Shown here piece by piece: positions 42,347-51,450 of a stretch of 64,000 nt of DNA. Below the pieces are notes generated by a model. That model was not told the DNA's origin. It saw nothing but the letters and a program-made list of their open reading frames with translations, and did not search any database. Numbering within the stretch: the stretch's first letter is position 1; the number at the start of each line of letters is the position of its first letter. This stretch comes from Acidobacteriota bacterium (lineage in GTDB: Bacteria > Acidobacteriota > Terriglobia > Terriglobales > Acidobacteriaceae), in NCBI GenBank assembly GCA_018268915.1, contig JAFDVQ010000018.1, forward strand, positions 74,457-138,456, given 5' to 3'. The translations under genes were made by a program, and so were the position numbers.

Positions 42347-43399
42347 ATGCGTGTTCCCCGCTATATCGTCTTTCTTCTTGTCGCCCTTCCGCTCTTTACG
42401 GCGGCAGCATGGGGACAACTCGTTCCGTCGCCCGACGCTCCGCCGGTAAGCAATGCGCCTCCGCCCCCTCCTGAAGAGGAATCAGTCGGAACTCTCCGCC
42501 TGAATGTTAACCTCGTGGACCTTTTCTTCACCGTGAAGAGCAAGTCCGGCGAGCTAGTTCCTCACCTTACAAAAGACGACTGCTCTGTAGCCGAAGACAA
42601 GGTCCCGCAGACTCTAAAAAACTTCACGGCAGAGACCCACCTGCCCCTCACCCTGGGCCTCATGCTCGACACGTCAGGCAGCCAGATCGATGTGCTTCCG
42701 CTTGAGCAACAGGCCGGTGGACAGTTCCTGGAACGCGTTCTCAAGTCGAAAGATCAGGCCTTCCTCGTTTCCTTCGACGTAAACATCGATCTTCTCCAGG
42801 ACTTCACCAACAGCGCCCGTATGCTCGAGCGGGCGATGAACAAGGCGCAGATCAACACCGCGGGCGGCAACGGCGGTTCCGGCATCCCCGGCCTCGGCGG
42901 CGGCACCATTCCGACGCACGGAGGCCCGAAGGGCACCCTTCTCTATGACTCCATTTATCTCGCCGCCAACGAGAAAATGGCCGACCAGAACGGTCGCAAG
43001 GCGCTGATCATTCTCACCGACGGAGACGACGTGGGCAGCGATCACAAAATCCAGGAAGCGATCGCTGCCGCACAAAGAGCCAACACCATTGTGTACGTAA
43101 TCCTGATCGCTGAGCCAAGCTTCTATGGCGGTTTCGGCTACTCAGGATACTCAGCAGCGAAGAAGATGTCGGAGGAGACCGGCGGACGTCTCATTAACGT
43201 GGGCACGAACGGCCGGAAGCTCGAAGCCGCTTTCCAGCAAATCGAGGAAGAGCTTCGCACCGAGTACCTCGCCAGCTACACTCCAACAAACCTCAAGCAA
43301 GACGGCACCTTCCGCCATATCTCGGTCCAGTGCAAAGGCGACGATATGAAGGTCCAGGTTCGCCGCGGATACTACGCTCCCAAGGGCGAGCAGAAATAG
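42347..43399 (+). CDS. Acidobacterial VWFA-related secreted protein
   Basis: Signal peptide, LRLNVNLVDLFFTVK, LMLDTSGS (MIDAS), TLLYDSI, RKALIILTDG and EYLASY...FRHISV..RRGYY. Start at MRVPRY (ATG 42347). Confidence 0.9.
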   Translation: MRVPRYIVFLLVALPLFTAAAWGQLVPSPDAPPVSNAPPPPPEEESVGTLRLNVNLVDLFFTVKSKSGELVPHLTKDDCSVAEDKVPQTLKNFTAETHLPLTLGLMLDTSGSQIDVLPLEQQAGGQFLERVLKSKDQAFLVSFDVNIDLLQDFTNSARMLERAMNKAQINTAGGNGGSGIPGLGGGTIPTHGGPKGTLLYDSIYLAANEKMADQNGRKALIILTDGDDVGSDHKIQEAIAAAQRANTIVYVILIAEPSFYGGFGYSGYSAAKKMSEETGGRLINVGTNGRKLEAAFQQIEEELRTEYLASYTPTNLKQDGTFRHISVQCKGDDMKVQVRRGYYAPKGEQK

Positions 43400-43416
43400 A
43401 TCCGTCCCCAGGCTCC

Positions 43417-43452
43417 AAATGAAAAGGCCGCCACTTGGCGGCCTTTTCATTT
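43417..43452. terminator. Bidirectional intrinsic terminator
   Basis: AAATGAAAAGGCCGCC-ACTT-GGCGGCCTTTTCATTT, perfect 16-bp stem. Confidence 0.85.
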
Positions 43453-43466
43453 CAATAATTGACCCC

Positions 43467-44408
43467 TCACTTGCCGGACAAGCAGCCCTTTTGTCCCGAG
43501 CTGTTCGCATAGCCTGTACCAGCTGTATAAGCGGCATTTGACCACTCGCCCTGGATCTTCCACTGCGTGCCATTCGAGAACGTCACGAGCGGCGCGCCGA
43601 AAGTCCATGCGCACTTGTCGCCATTCTCAGCGCCTTGCGAGTCGTACCACGCGCCAGGGCTGGCCGGATCTGTCATCGCTTCTGACAGTTCGTGTCCGCT
43701 CACATTCGCGATGGCTGCCAGGCCCTGCGAATGCTGGCCCGACGTATCGTTCGGATTGCAACCCGCGTCTCCATCCAGCTTGAAGAAGTACGCAAACTGC
43801 ACGCGGATTCCACCGCAGGTACCAAAGCTATGCCACGCGCAATAGCCGGCATTGCCGCGAGGCGTATCGGTATATACCGCGTAATATCCGTTCCCTGTCG
43901 GGTCGGGGCTCTTGACCACCTTGCAAACCTCAGAGAGGATCGTCGATGTGTTTCCACCACCCGTGGATGCACTGGTGTCGATCGTGTGGCCACCATAGTT
44001 CGACACCGGCCCTACCTGTCCATTCGAGCCGGTATATTCCGTATTCGTCTTTGCGTAGTTGGAGTTGCTGAAGCCTTTGTACCAGGAATCCATTCCGGTG
44101 ATCTTATCGCCGGAGTAGCTCCCCCAGCTTGTTCCCCAGAAGATAGCCTGGGTGTTTGATGTCGGCATGATCACGCCGCCGTGGTACGTCATGTTGGGGC
44201 TTCTGCTGGGCCGGGCTGGTTTGGCTTCTTTCGCTTCCTCGGCGGCACGAGGATTCGGCTCAAAACCACGCGCCCAGTGAATGCCAAGCATCGGTGGGTT
44301 CTTTTGCGCATCCAGGTATTCTGTTTGGCTGTTTCCCTGACCCTGCGCTGTAGCAGTGATGGCCAGTGCTCCGCTACACACCAGCAGGGGAAGCATTCCT
44401 ATTTTCAT
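43467..44408 (-). CDS. Secreted EXORDIUM/Phi-1-like protein
   Basis: Signal peptide, MTYHGG...AIFWG, YCAWHS and HELSEAMTDP...WYD..G.ENGDKCAW. Start at MKIGM (ATG 44408), which follows GGAG. Confidence 0.65.
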   Translation of the reverse strand: MKIGMLPLLVCSGALAITATAQGQGNSQTEYLDAQKNPPMLGIHWARGFEPNPRAAEEAKEAKPARPSRSPNMTYHGGVIMPTSNTQAIFWGTSWGSYSGDKITGMDSWYKGFSNSNYAKTNTEYTGSNGQVGPVSNYGGHTIDTSASTGGGNTSTILSEVCKVVKSPDPTGNGYYAVYTDTPRGNAGYCAWHSFGTCGGIRVQFAYFFKLDGDAGCNPNDTSGQHSQGLAAIANVSGHELSEAMTDPASPGAWYDSQGAENGDKCAWTFGAPLVTFSNGTQWKIQGEWSNAAYTAGTGYANSSGQKGCLSGK

Positions 44409-44807
44409 TCTTGGTTTTCTCCAGGGTGATGCCGCTGCGGAGACCGACCGGCTCCGCAGTCGTTCGCTTGAGACTGCCCGAACTAAGCGATTCATGTCAA
44501 CAGTACGGCAATTCATCCCTCTTCCACGTCAAACGATCCCAAAGCAGCAATCCATGTCGAATGTAGCGCTTCGGCAATTTGTACCTAGCCAAAATTACAC
44601 GCAAGGGACGAATCGTCTGCCCTGATCCGCCGCGCCCCAAAGAGTTCAGTACGGTCGTGACCCAGGAAGTAGCTCAGTTTCTTGCACATCGATGATCGAA
44701 CACACAAAAACTCGCATCTACTCAGATTTGGCAATGCGCATGCCAATCAGTTGACCGAGCAGCGAGTATTCTCCGACCCCGGATGGTGTTCCATGCAGGA
44801 CCTTTTC

Positions 44808-45755
44808 ATGAAAGCCGCGACTCTTATCGCAGTTGGGCTCGCAACATTTTCGAGCTTTCCCGGTACAGCGCAGCAGCAGGACTTGACTCCGCAGCCTCAA
44901 CAGCAACCGACGACCCAGCAGGTGCCACCCGTTGCCCCCACCGCGACGCCCCAGGCACCCGGACAACCCGGATCGGACTCAGTCCTGAGCCCCGCAGCGT
45001 CTCAGCTTAAGCCAGTGAGCGCCGAGCTCACGGACAAACTCGACTCGAAATCCGCCAAGCAGGGCGACAGTGTCGTAGTTAAAACCGACGAAAACCTCCA
45101 GATCAGCGAGGGAACAGAAATCCCCCGGGGTTCGAAGCTGATCGGCCACGTCACCAATGTGCAGTCTCGTGGAGAGGGCCACGAGAATTCCCAGATCGCC
45201 ATCCAGTTCGATCGCGCCGAACTGAAGGGCGGGCAAACGCTGCCAATTGAGTCCGTCATTCAGTCCGTCTCTCTCGCAGCCGGCACTGAGGGTACGAGCG
45301 GGACGAGCAATCCCCCTGCAACTTACGGAGATGCGACGCCGTCCCCGAGCACACCGGCCAGTGCCATGAGCTCCAGCACGGGAGCGACAGCATCCGGAGC
45401 AATGGCCTCCGCTCCTGGTACTGGATCTGCAGCTGGCACCATGAACCAGAGCGCAACGAACACGCAGGCAGGTGTCGCGTCTGGTAGTGCTTCTGCGATG
45501 CAGTCTGGAGTCCCTGAACAGAGCGCCAGCGCAGCTGCTCCGGGCAGCATCGTGGCCCGCAATGGGAACGTAGCCATTCGCACCACTTCCGTCCCGGGCG
45601 TACTGCTCGCAAATGACATACATGGACTGCCGTTCTCGAATGCCTCAGGCATGCTGCTTGGAGCACGCCGCGACGTTCACCTCGATGGCGGAACACGTCT
45701 CGTCCTCGCGGTAGCCATGGCTCCGCAGAATAATGGCAGCGGCATGAGCCGGTAA
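44808..45755 (+). CDS. Secreted hypothetical protein with a TrbI/VirB10-like beta domain and Ser/Ala-rich linker
   Basis: Signal peptide, Gln/Pro linker, AELTDKLDSKSAKQGD.V...IPRGSKLIGHV...IAIQFDRAEL, and C-terminal DVHLDGGTRL. Confidence 0.6.
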   Translation: MKAATLIAVGLATFSSFPGTAQQQDLTPQPQQQPTTQQVPPVAPTATPQAPGQPGSDSVLSPAASQLKPVSAELTDKLDSKSAKQGDSVVVKTDENLQISEGTEIPRGSKLIGHVTNVQSRGEGHENSQIAIQFDRAELKGGQTLPIESVIQSVSLAAGTEGTSGTSNPPATYGDATPSPSTPASAMSSSTGATASGAMASAPGTGSAAGTMNQSATNTQAGVASGSASAMQSGVPEQSASAAAPGSIVARNGNVAIRTTSVPGVLLANDIHGLPFSNASGMLLGARRDVHLDGGTRLVLAVAMAPQNNGSGMSR

Positions 45756-45767
45756 CCTGACGCAGGT

Positions 45768-45808
45768 AAAGCGCAAGGCCGGAGTCACTCTCCGGCCTTG
45801 CGCTTTTT
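45768..45808 (+). terminator. Intrinsic terminator
   Basis: AAAGCGCAAGGCCGGAG-TCACT-CTCCGGCCTTGCGCTTTTT. Confidence 0.85.
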
Positions 45809-45931
45809 CAGGACACCGACGTTACCCGCTTTTATCCACGCAGTCATCTGGTTCTCGAGCTGTTTGTCTACTACCATCACCTTCGTCAGCGAAGTTCACT
45901 TATCCCTTGCGGATTCTGATGGAGACTCAGA

Positions 45932-46180
45932 ATGTTCCAAGACAGCATGGAAGAACGCGTAGAGGAGCATTTCGAGATCAGCATCCGGTTTCGCGAACTG
46001 ATCGAAAGACGCATTGCGCGACTCGAGTCCGACGCAGCGCATGATGAGTCGGTCGCGATAAGCCTCGAAAATGGAGACCACATCCTTCGCCAAATGCGGC
46101 TCGTAGCCGTCCAGCGGGGAGAAGCGGATCGCATGAAGCGGTTTCTGAGAAACTCAACCACACGCCTCTCAAGCGTGTGA
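45932..46180 (+). CDS. Small hypothetical coiled-coil protein
   Basis: 82 aa, helical hairpin-like charge pattern, preceded by GGAG. Confidence 0.55.
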   Translation: MFQDSMEERVEEHFEISIRFRELIERRIARLESDAAHDESVAISLENGDHILRQMRLVAVQRGEADRMKRFLRNSTTRLSSV

Positions 46181-46228
46181 ATGCTATTCAAAGCTGTTAG
46201 CCGGCAAACCAGAGATCAGATGCGATCG

Positions 46229-46414
46229 TCAGCTTGCTTTGCGGCGGGCGACAAGAAGAAGTATCAGTCCGCCGAGGACGGCGACGCCGCCGCGGTAAGC
46301 CCATTGAATCTGCCCCGTCATGAAGCTTCCCGGCAGCACATTCACTCCCTGCAGAATCCAGATGGTCCCGAGAACGATCAGGAGAACGGCAGAGATCCGA
46401 AGCACATATCGCAT
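46229..46414 (-). CDS. Small two-TM membrane protein
   Basis: LLIVLGTIWILQGVNVLPGSFMTG...W...GLILL; start at MRYVL after GAGGGA. Confidence 0.7.
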   Translation of the reverse strand: MRYVLRISAVLLIVLGTIWILQGVNVLPGSFMTGQIQWAYRGGVAVLGGLILLLVARRKAS

Positions 46415-46576
46415 TGGTTGTTCCCTCACGACGAAACCATTGGCGGAACTCCACGACGTGGAATGCAGCGATGATAACCGACGCTCGGAACCGCGAGACG
46501 GCGACTAGTGAGTTGGAAACCTTATCAGCTGTCAAAAACATTGACCGGCTTCAGTGCACTTTGCCGATAATGAATT

Positions 46577-47482
46577 ATGGCCAACGCGCCGAACTCCGCT
46601 ACCCAGCTCGAATACCACATCGTTGACGTCTTTACCGATACTGCCCTGATGGGCAACGGCCTTGCCGTCGTATTCGACACTATCGGCCTCTCCACCGAAC
46701 GCATGCAAGCCATCGCCCGTGAGTTCAATCTTTCTGAAACGACTTTTATCCAGCGTCGTGACATCTCCACGGAGAAGCAGGAAGGTGTCCGCGTGCGCAT
46801 CTTCACCACGCAGGAAGAGCTCCCCTTCGCCGGGCATCCCACGCTAGGGACCGCCAGCGTGTTGAAGCTTCATGCCCCCGAGGTGCTCGCGGACGACACG
46901 ATCCGCCTCGCACTAAAAGTGGGCACCGTCCCCGTGCGCTTCCATCCCGACACGCTCTTCGGCCAGATGACTCAGCGCGATCCCGAATTCGGACGGCAGC
47001 TCGACACTTTCAGGGTTGCGCAGCTATGTGGCCTTCATGCTGAAGATCTTCACGCTACGGTTTCACCTCAGGTAGTCTCAACCGGAACCGCGTTCGCAAT
47101 TGTGGCGCTCCGTTACCATGAGCCTCTCGCCCGCCTCCGCGTTGATCAGGAACTCGCAACACAATACCTCCGCGAACATGGCGGCCGCTGGTTCTACGTC
47201 ATGGGTCCGACAGGGAGCAGCAATCCAAGCTGGCGTGCCCGCATGCAGTTTTACGGCGGCGAAGACCCGGCCACGGGCTCGGCAGCCGGCTGCGCAATCA
47301 GCTACCTCGTTGGCCATAGCCTCGTCGCGACGGGGCAACAAATTCATGTTCAGCAAGGGGTCGAAATCGGTCGCACAAGCGATTTATTTCTGGCTGCAGA
47401 CGCGAGCGAAGGCAAGGTCACAAATGTTCGCGTTGCGGGCAGCACCGTTCCCGTTGCAAAGGGAACCATTTTCCTGCCGTAA
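46577..47482 (+). CDS. PhzF family isomerase/epimerase
   Basis: VDVFT...GNGLAVV, EFNLSETTF, RIFT...ELPFAGHPTLG and EDPATGSA. Confidence 0.93.
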   Translation: MANAPNSATQLEYHIVDVFTDTALMGNGLAVVFDTIGLSTERMQAIAREFNLSETTFIQRRDISTEKQEGVRVRIFTTQEELPFAGHPTLGTASVLKLHAPEVLADDTIRLALKVGTVPVRFHPDTLFGQMTQRDPEFGRQLDTFRVAQLCGLHAEDLHATVSPQVVSTGTAFAIVALRYHEPLARLRVDQELATQYLREHGGRWFYVMGPTGSSNPSWRARMQFYGGEDPATGSAAGCAISYLVGHSLVATGQQIHVQQGVEIGRTSDLFLAADASEGKVTNVRVAGSTVPVAKGTIFLP

Positions 47483-47932
47483 TACACACGCTTTTCAACA
47501 GATTTTAATCAGCCCAAGTTACTCACTATATTCATTCTGCAGTTTTTTCCTTTGTTCTCAGATGAGTTTCATGCAAATTTTCGCTTCCTATTCTCTCTTT
47601 TCATGACCCTCCACAATCCTTACTCTTGCCCAAGCATTTGAACGAAACACCCGCCGGATCTCTCCGGTTTTTATAACGGCTTCATACACAATCTGACCGC
47701 AAAAGGTTTGCCTTCCACGGATTGATTGCCGCAGAAGATACCTGAAGAGGCAGCACGTCGCTTTAGCGATCCTGTGCTCATCGGGAACTTCTGCGCCTCA
47801 TTTGCCAGCCAACCTGCGTGCGGCCGACGGCCCCGGATCTTGACGAGCCTGCCCGAAAACAAACGGGCTTCGCTGTTTTGCGCTTGAATCTGGACCGAAC
47901 AAAACTTCGATGACAGGAGTAGGACCAACGAA

Positions 47933-48352
47933 ATGCGCCCCAAAAAAATCATTCTTTGCGTTGACGATAACGAACAGGATTTGTCCGTTCTCAAATTCAT
48001 GCTGGTAACGAACGGTTACCGCGTGCTCGCCGCAACCACCGGGCAGGAGGCCATTGCCCTCTTCGCTGAAAACCAGGTCGACCTCGTCTTGACCGATCAC
48101 GCGATGCCTCAGATGAGCGGAGACCAACTGGTTCTGAAACTCAAGCACATCGCTTCTCACGTCCCGATGGTCATTCTCGGAGATCCGCAGAAAATGAACG
48201 GCCAGATACATGGCGCCGATGCTCTGCTGGCCAAGAAGACTTGTTCGCCGCAGGAACTGCTGGAGCGTGTGAAGATCATGAGCGCCCGCAAACGTGGGCC
48301 TCGCAAAGGCATCTCTCGCCTGGTCGGCGCGGAGCTGGCCGTTGCTTCCTGA
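47933..48352 (+). CDS. Single-domain response regulator with a basic C-terminal tail
   Basis: ILCVDD, LVLTDHAMP (phospho-Asp), LAK, then the tail KIMSARKRGPRKG. Confidence 0.9.
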   Translation: MRPKKIILCVDDNEQDLSVLKFMLVTNGYRVLAATTGQEAIALFAENQVDLVLTDHAMPQMSGDQLVLKLKHIASHVPMVILGDPQKMNGQIHGADALLAKKTCSPQELLERVKIMSARKRGPRKGISRLVGAELAVAS

Positions 48353-48437
48353 CACTCGACACCGCTGGGGCGGGGCCCGAACCAGGTAACCAGCGCACGT
48401 CATCTGGTCCGTGCCTAAACAGGTGACCGCCGCCCCC

Positions 48438-48467
48438 TTGACGATATAAAGGGCCGATGGGCATACT
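48438..48467 (+). promoter_or_regulatory. Possible sigma70 promoter of the PIN-TRAM gene
   Basis: TTGACG-18 bp-CATACT. Confidence 0.45.
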
Positions 48468-48521
48468 CGCGAACGTGTTAAAACTGGATCATTTCCTGAA
48501 GCCAGTGGAAGCAGGGTTCGC

Positions 48522-49565
48522 ATGGATCTCGTCCTTGTTCGTCTTCTTTTTGTTGTCTTGCTCTCCTCAGTCTGCTACTTCCTGAGGCCCTTCGATGCGA
48601 AGGGCTGGGAGGCCGCGATCGGCGGTGGATTGGCTGCCACCGCTGTCATCGTCTTCGAACTCCGCGTGCGCGCTCTCACCCTTCGCCGGTTGATCGGCGC
48701 AGTTGCAGGCAGCGTGCTCGGCATCTTCGGGGCAGCACTCTTCTGCCTGGTGCTCCGTTCCGCCCCGCTGAGTTCCTCAACCTCTGCAGTGCTTCAGATC
48801 TTCGTGTTGCTGCTCATGACGTACGTCGGCCTCCTCGTCGGAGCCAGCAAAGGAGACCTGCTTAACCCTGCAGCGCTGGGCAACTTGTTCGCCGGCGAAC
48901 GCCCCTCGCGCAAATCAGCCAAGGTTCTCGATACGAGCGTCATCATCGATGGCCGCATCGCCGACATTGCCGAAGCCGGATTCATCGACGGCATGATGGT
49001 GGTTCCGGAATTCGTTCTTCGCGAGCTGCAGGTCGTCGCCGACTCGACAGACGGGTCTAAGCGTCAGCGCGGCCGTCGCGGACTAGACATGCTGCAGCGC
49101 ATGCAATCGAGCTCCAACATCCAGGTTCAGATCGTGCCCGACGATTTCCCGTCTATCCGCGAAGTCGATCTCAAGCTCCTCGAACTCGCCAAGAAATGGG
49201 AAGCAAAAGTCGTCACCAACGACTTCAACCTGAACAAGGTGGCCCATCTTCACCGCGTCGAGGTACTGAATATCAACGACCTTGCCAACGCGCTCAAGCC
49301 GGTGGTACTGCCCGGCGAGAAGATGCACGTGCTCATCCTGAAAGAAGGTAAGGAATACAACCAGGGGGTCGGCTATCTCGATGACGGCACCATGGTCGTC
49401 GTCGACCACGCGCGCAAGATGATTGGCCGCGCCATCGAAATCTCCGTCACCAGCGTTCTGCAAACCGCCAGCGGCAAGATGATCTTCGGCAAGATGGACG
49501 AGAACGGAAAGACCACAACACCTGAGCCCATCAAGGCCCCCAGTGCCGTAGAGTTGGCGCGCTAG
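48522..49565 (+). CDS. Membrane-anchored PIN/TRAM domain protein (YacL family)
   Basis: Four N-terminal TMs, VLDTSVIIDGRI, RGRRGLDML, VTNDFNLNKVA and QGVGYLDDGTMVVV (TRAM). Confidence 0.93.
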   Translation: MDLVLVRLLFVVLLSSVCYFLRPFDAKGWEAAIGGGLAATAVIVFELRVRALTLRRLIGAVAGSVLGIFGAALFCLVLRSAPLSSSTSAVLQIFVLLLMTYVGLLVGASKGDLLNPAALGNLFAGERPSRKSAKVLDTSVIIDGRIADIAEAGFIDGMMVVPEFVLRELQVVADSTDGSKRQRGRRGLDMLQRMQSSSNIQVQIVPDDFPSIREVDLKLLELAKKWEAKVVTNDFNLNKVAHLHRVEVLNINDLANALKPVVLPGEKMHVLILKEGKEYNQGVGYLDDGTMVVVDHARKMIGRAIEISVTSVLQTASGKMIFGKMDENGKTTTPEPIKAPSAVELAR

Positions 49566-49582
49566 AGATTTCGCGCAAAACA

Positions 49583-49607
49583 AAACGCCGGTGCAGAGCC
49601 GGCGTTT
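49583..49607. terminator. Hairpin between convergent genes
   Basis: AAACGCCGG-N7-CCGGCGTTT. Confidence 0.6.
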
Positions 49608-49624
49608 CTCATTTCAAGCAAAAA

Positions 49625-49939
49625 CTAGATCTCGCGAATCTCGCTGATCTGAATCTGTGGCTCGATGTCAGTGTAGTTTGGGATGTCCCCCTGAAGCTGG
49701 CCCATCACCGGCGTGAATGCTGCTGTGAACGCCTCGACCGTCTCGCACGTAAAGCCCACAATCGCAGCATAAGGAGCCGGCGCGCCAGGTTCCTCTCCGG
49801 CGATTCCAATCTCAACCGAGATCGCCTTCACCGCAGATCCAAGCAGTCGCTTGGCCATCGGCATGTGCACGCCCACGTAGTAGTCGACGTCAAACCGCTT
49901 CCCCGCTCCGTTGGGATATAGCACACTTACCTTAATCAT
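49625..49939 (-). CDS. EthD family reductase-like protein
   Basis: MIKVSVLYPN...FDVDYYVGVHMP...GDIPNYTDIEPQIQISE. Start at ATG 49939. Confidence 0.9.
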   Translation of the reverse strand: MIKVSVLYPNGAGKRFDVDYYVGVHMPMAKRLLGSAVKAISVEIGIAGEEPGAPAPYAAIVGFTCETVEAFTAAFTPVMGQLQGDIPNYTDIEPQIQISEIREI

Positions 49940-49969
49940 CGTCTGATCTCTCTCCAAGTTTCGGGTGAC

Positions 49970-49996
49970 GGGTGCCCCATCCTTTGGAGACAGGGG
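49970..49996 (+). repeat. Degenerate REP-like element
   Basis: GGGTGCCCCATCCTTTGGAGACAGGGG keeps the leader and outer CCCC/GGGG pairing only. Confidence 0.4.
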
Positions 49997-50051
49997 AGAC
50001 ATCTCTCTTCAACGGCTCAGTATTTCTGAACCATGAGATCGATTTCTGCTC

Positions 50052-50086
50052 GGGTGCCCCCGGTCCCTCGCACTTGGGGACCGGGG
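50052..50086 (+). repeat. REP-like palindrome, subfamily B
   Basis: GGGTG-CCCCCGGTCCC-TCGCACTTG-GGGACCGGGG, near-identical to 22416-22451. Confidence 0.8.
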
Positions 50087-50104
50087 AGTCCTCGACCAAC
50101 TGAC

Positions 50105-51283
50105 CTAATACTTCTGCACCTTGGGATCGATCTCGTCGCTCCAGGCCAGAATGCCGCCCGCCAGATTCACCACCTGCGAGTAGCCCGACTGCTTCAGAAA
50201 CTCCGCAATCTTCTGCGAGCGCGCACCGGATCGGCACTGCACGATGATCTCGCGGTCTTTCGGAATTTCATTCAGCCGCCCCGCCACATCGTTCTGCGGA
50301 ATCAGCGTGCCGCCGATCTGGGCGATCTGATACTCGTACGGCTCGCGCACATCGAGGAGGAAAACCGTCTCGCCAGCATCGCGCCGTCTCTTCAGCTCCT
50401 TCACCGTGATCTGCGGAATACCGTTCTTGACCGCCTTCTCTTCCTTCGACTCCGGCATGATGCCGCAGAACTGCTGATAGTCAATCAGCTCTTTCACCGT
50501 GGGATTCTCACCGCATACCGGGCACTCAGGATTCTTCCTGAGCTTCAATTCCCTGAAGCGCATTCCCAGCGCATCGACAAGCAACAACCTGCCAATCAAC
50601 GGATTGCCCGCACCCAGGATCAGCTTGATCACTTCCGTCGCCTGAATCACTCCGAGCAATCCCGGCAGGATTCCCAGTACACCGCCCTCTGCGCAGCTCG
50701 GCACCAGGCCCGGCGGCGGCGGCTCGGGATAGAGGCAGCGGTAGCACGGACCTTCTTCCATCCCGAACACGCTCGCCTGGCCCTCAAACCGGAAAATCGA
50801 TGCATACGCATTCGGCTTCTTCAGCAGAACGCTCGCGTCGTTCACCAGATATCGCGTCGGGAAATTATCCGTTCCGTCGGCGACGATGTCGTAGTCCTTG
50901 ATGATGTCGAGAGCGTTGGCGCTCGAGAGCATCGTCTCGTGCTTGATCACGTTCAGCGCCGGATTCAGCGCCGTCAGCTTCTCCGCAGCGGAGTCGAGCT
51001 TCTTCCGCCCGATGTCTTTGGTCGAGTGAATGATCTGCCGTTGCAGATTGCTCGCATCCACCACATCGAAGTCCACCAGCCCCAGCGTGCCGATTCCTGC
51101 CGCAGCCAGGTAAAACGCAAGGGGAGAACCCAGCCCACCTGTTCCGACACACAGCACCTTTGCGGCCTTCAACTTGCGTTGGCCTTCCATGCCGACCTCA
51201 GGCAGGATCAGGTGGCGGGAATAGCGGGAAAGATCATCAGTCGTCAGTTCAGGCAGGAGAATCGGGTCGGTAGCGGTAGCCAT
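50105..51283 (-). CDS. moeB: MoeB/MoeZ-type adenylyltransferase with a C-terminal rhodanese domain
   Basis: RYSRHLILPEVG, GTGGLGS, SNLQRQ, DGTDNFPTRYL, CYRC, CAEGGVLG, CPVC and rhodanese LLDVRE...CRSGARS. Confidence 0.92.
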   Translation of the reverse strand: MATATDPILLPELTTDDLSRYSRHLILPEVGMEGQRKLKAAKVLCVGTGGLGSPLAFYLAAAGIGTLGLVDFDVVDASNLQRQIIHSTKDIGRKKLDSAAEKLTALNPALNVIKHETMLSSANALDIIKDYDIVADGTDNFPTRYLVNDASVLLKKPNAYASIFRFEGQASVFGMEEGPCYRCLYPEPPPPGLVPSCAEGGVLGILPGLLGVIQATEVIKLILGAGNPLIGRLLLVDALGMRFRELKLRKNPECPVCGENPTVKELIDYQQFCGIMPESKEEKAVKNGIPQITVKELKRRRDAGETVFLLDVREPYEYQIAQIGGTLIPQNDVAGRLNEIPKDREIIVQCRSGARSQKIAEFLKQSGYSQVVNLAGGILAWSDEIDPKVQKY

Positions 51284-51450
51284 TCGTTATTCGGTCTCAT
51301 TCATTGGAGGATGGGGAGCGCTGTTTCGATTCCGAAAAGCGGCTCGCCTGTTGCGGCCATGCGGAATATGCCGCGTCTCATTAGGTTAACAAAAAGCAGA
51401 ACGGCCCCGGGAGCCACCGGAGCCGTTGCCACCCTTCATTCATTTTTGTT

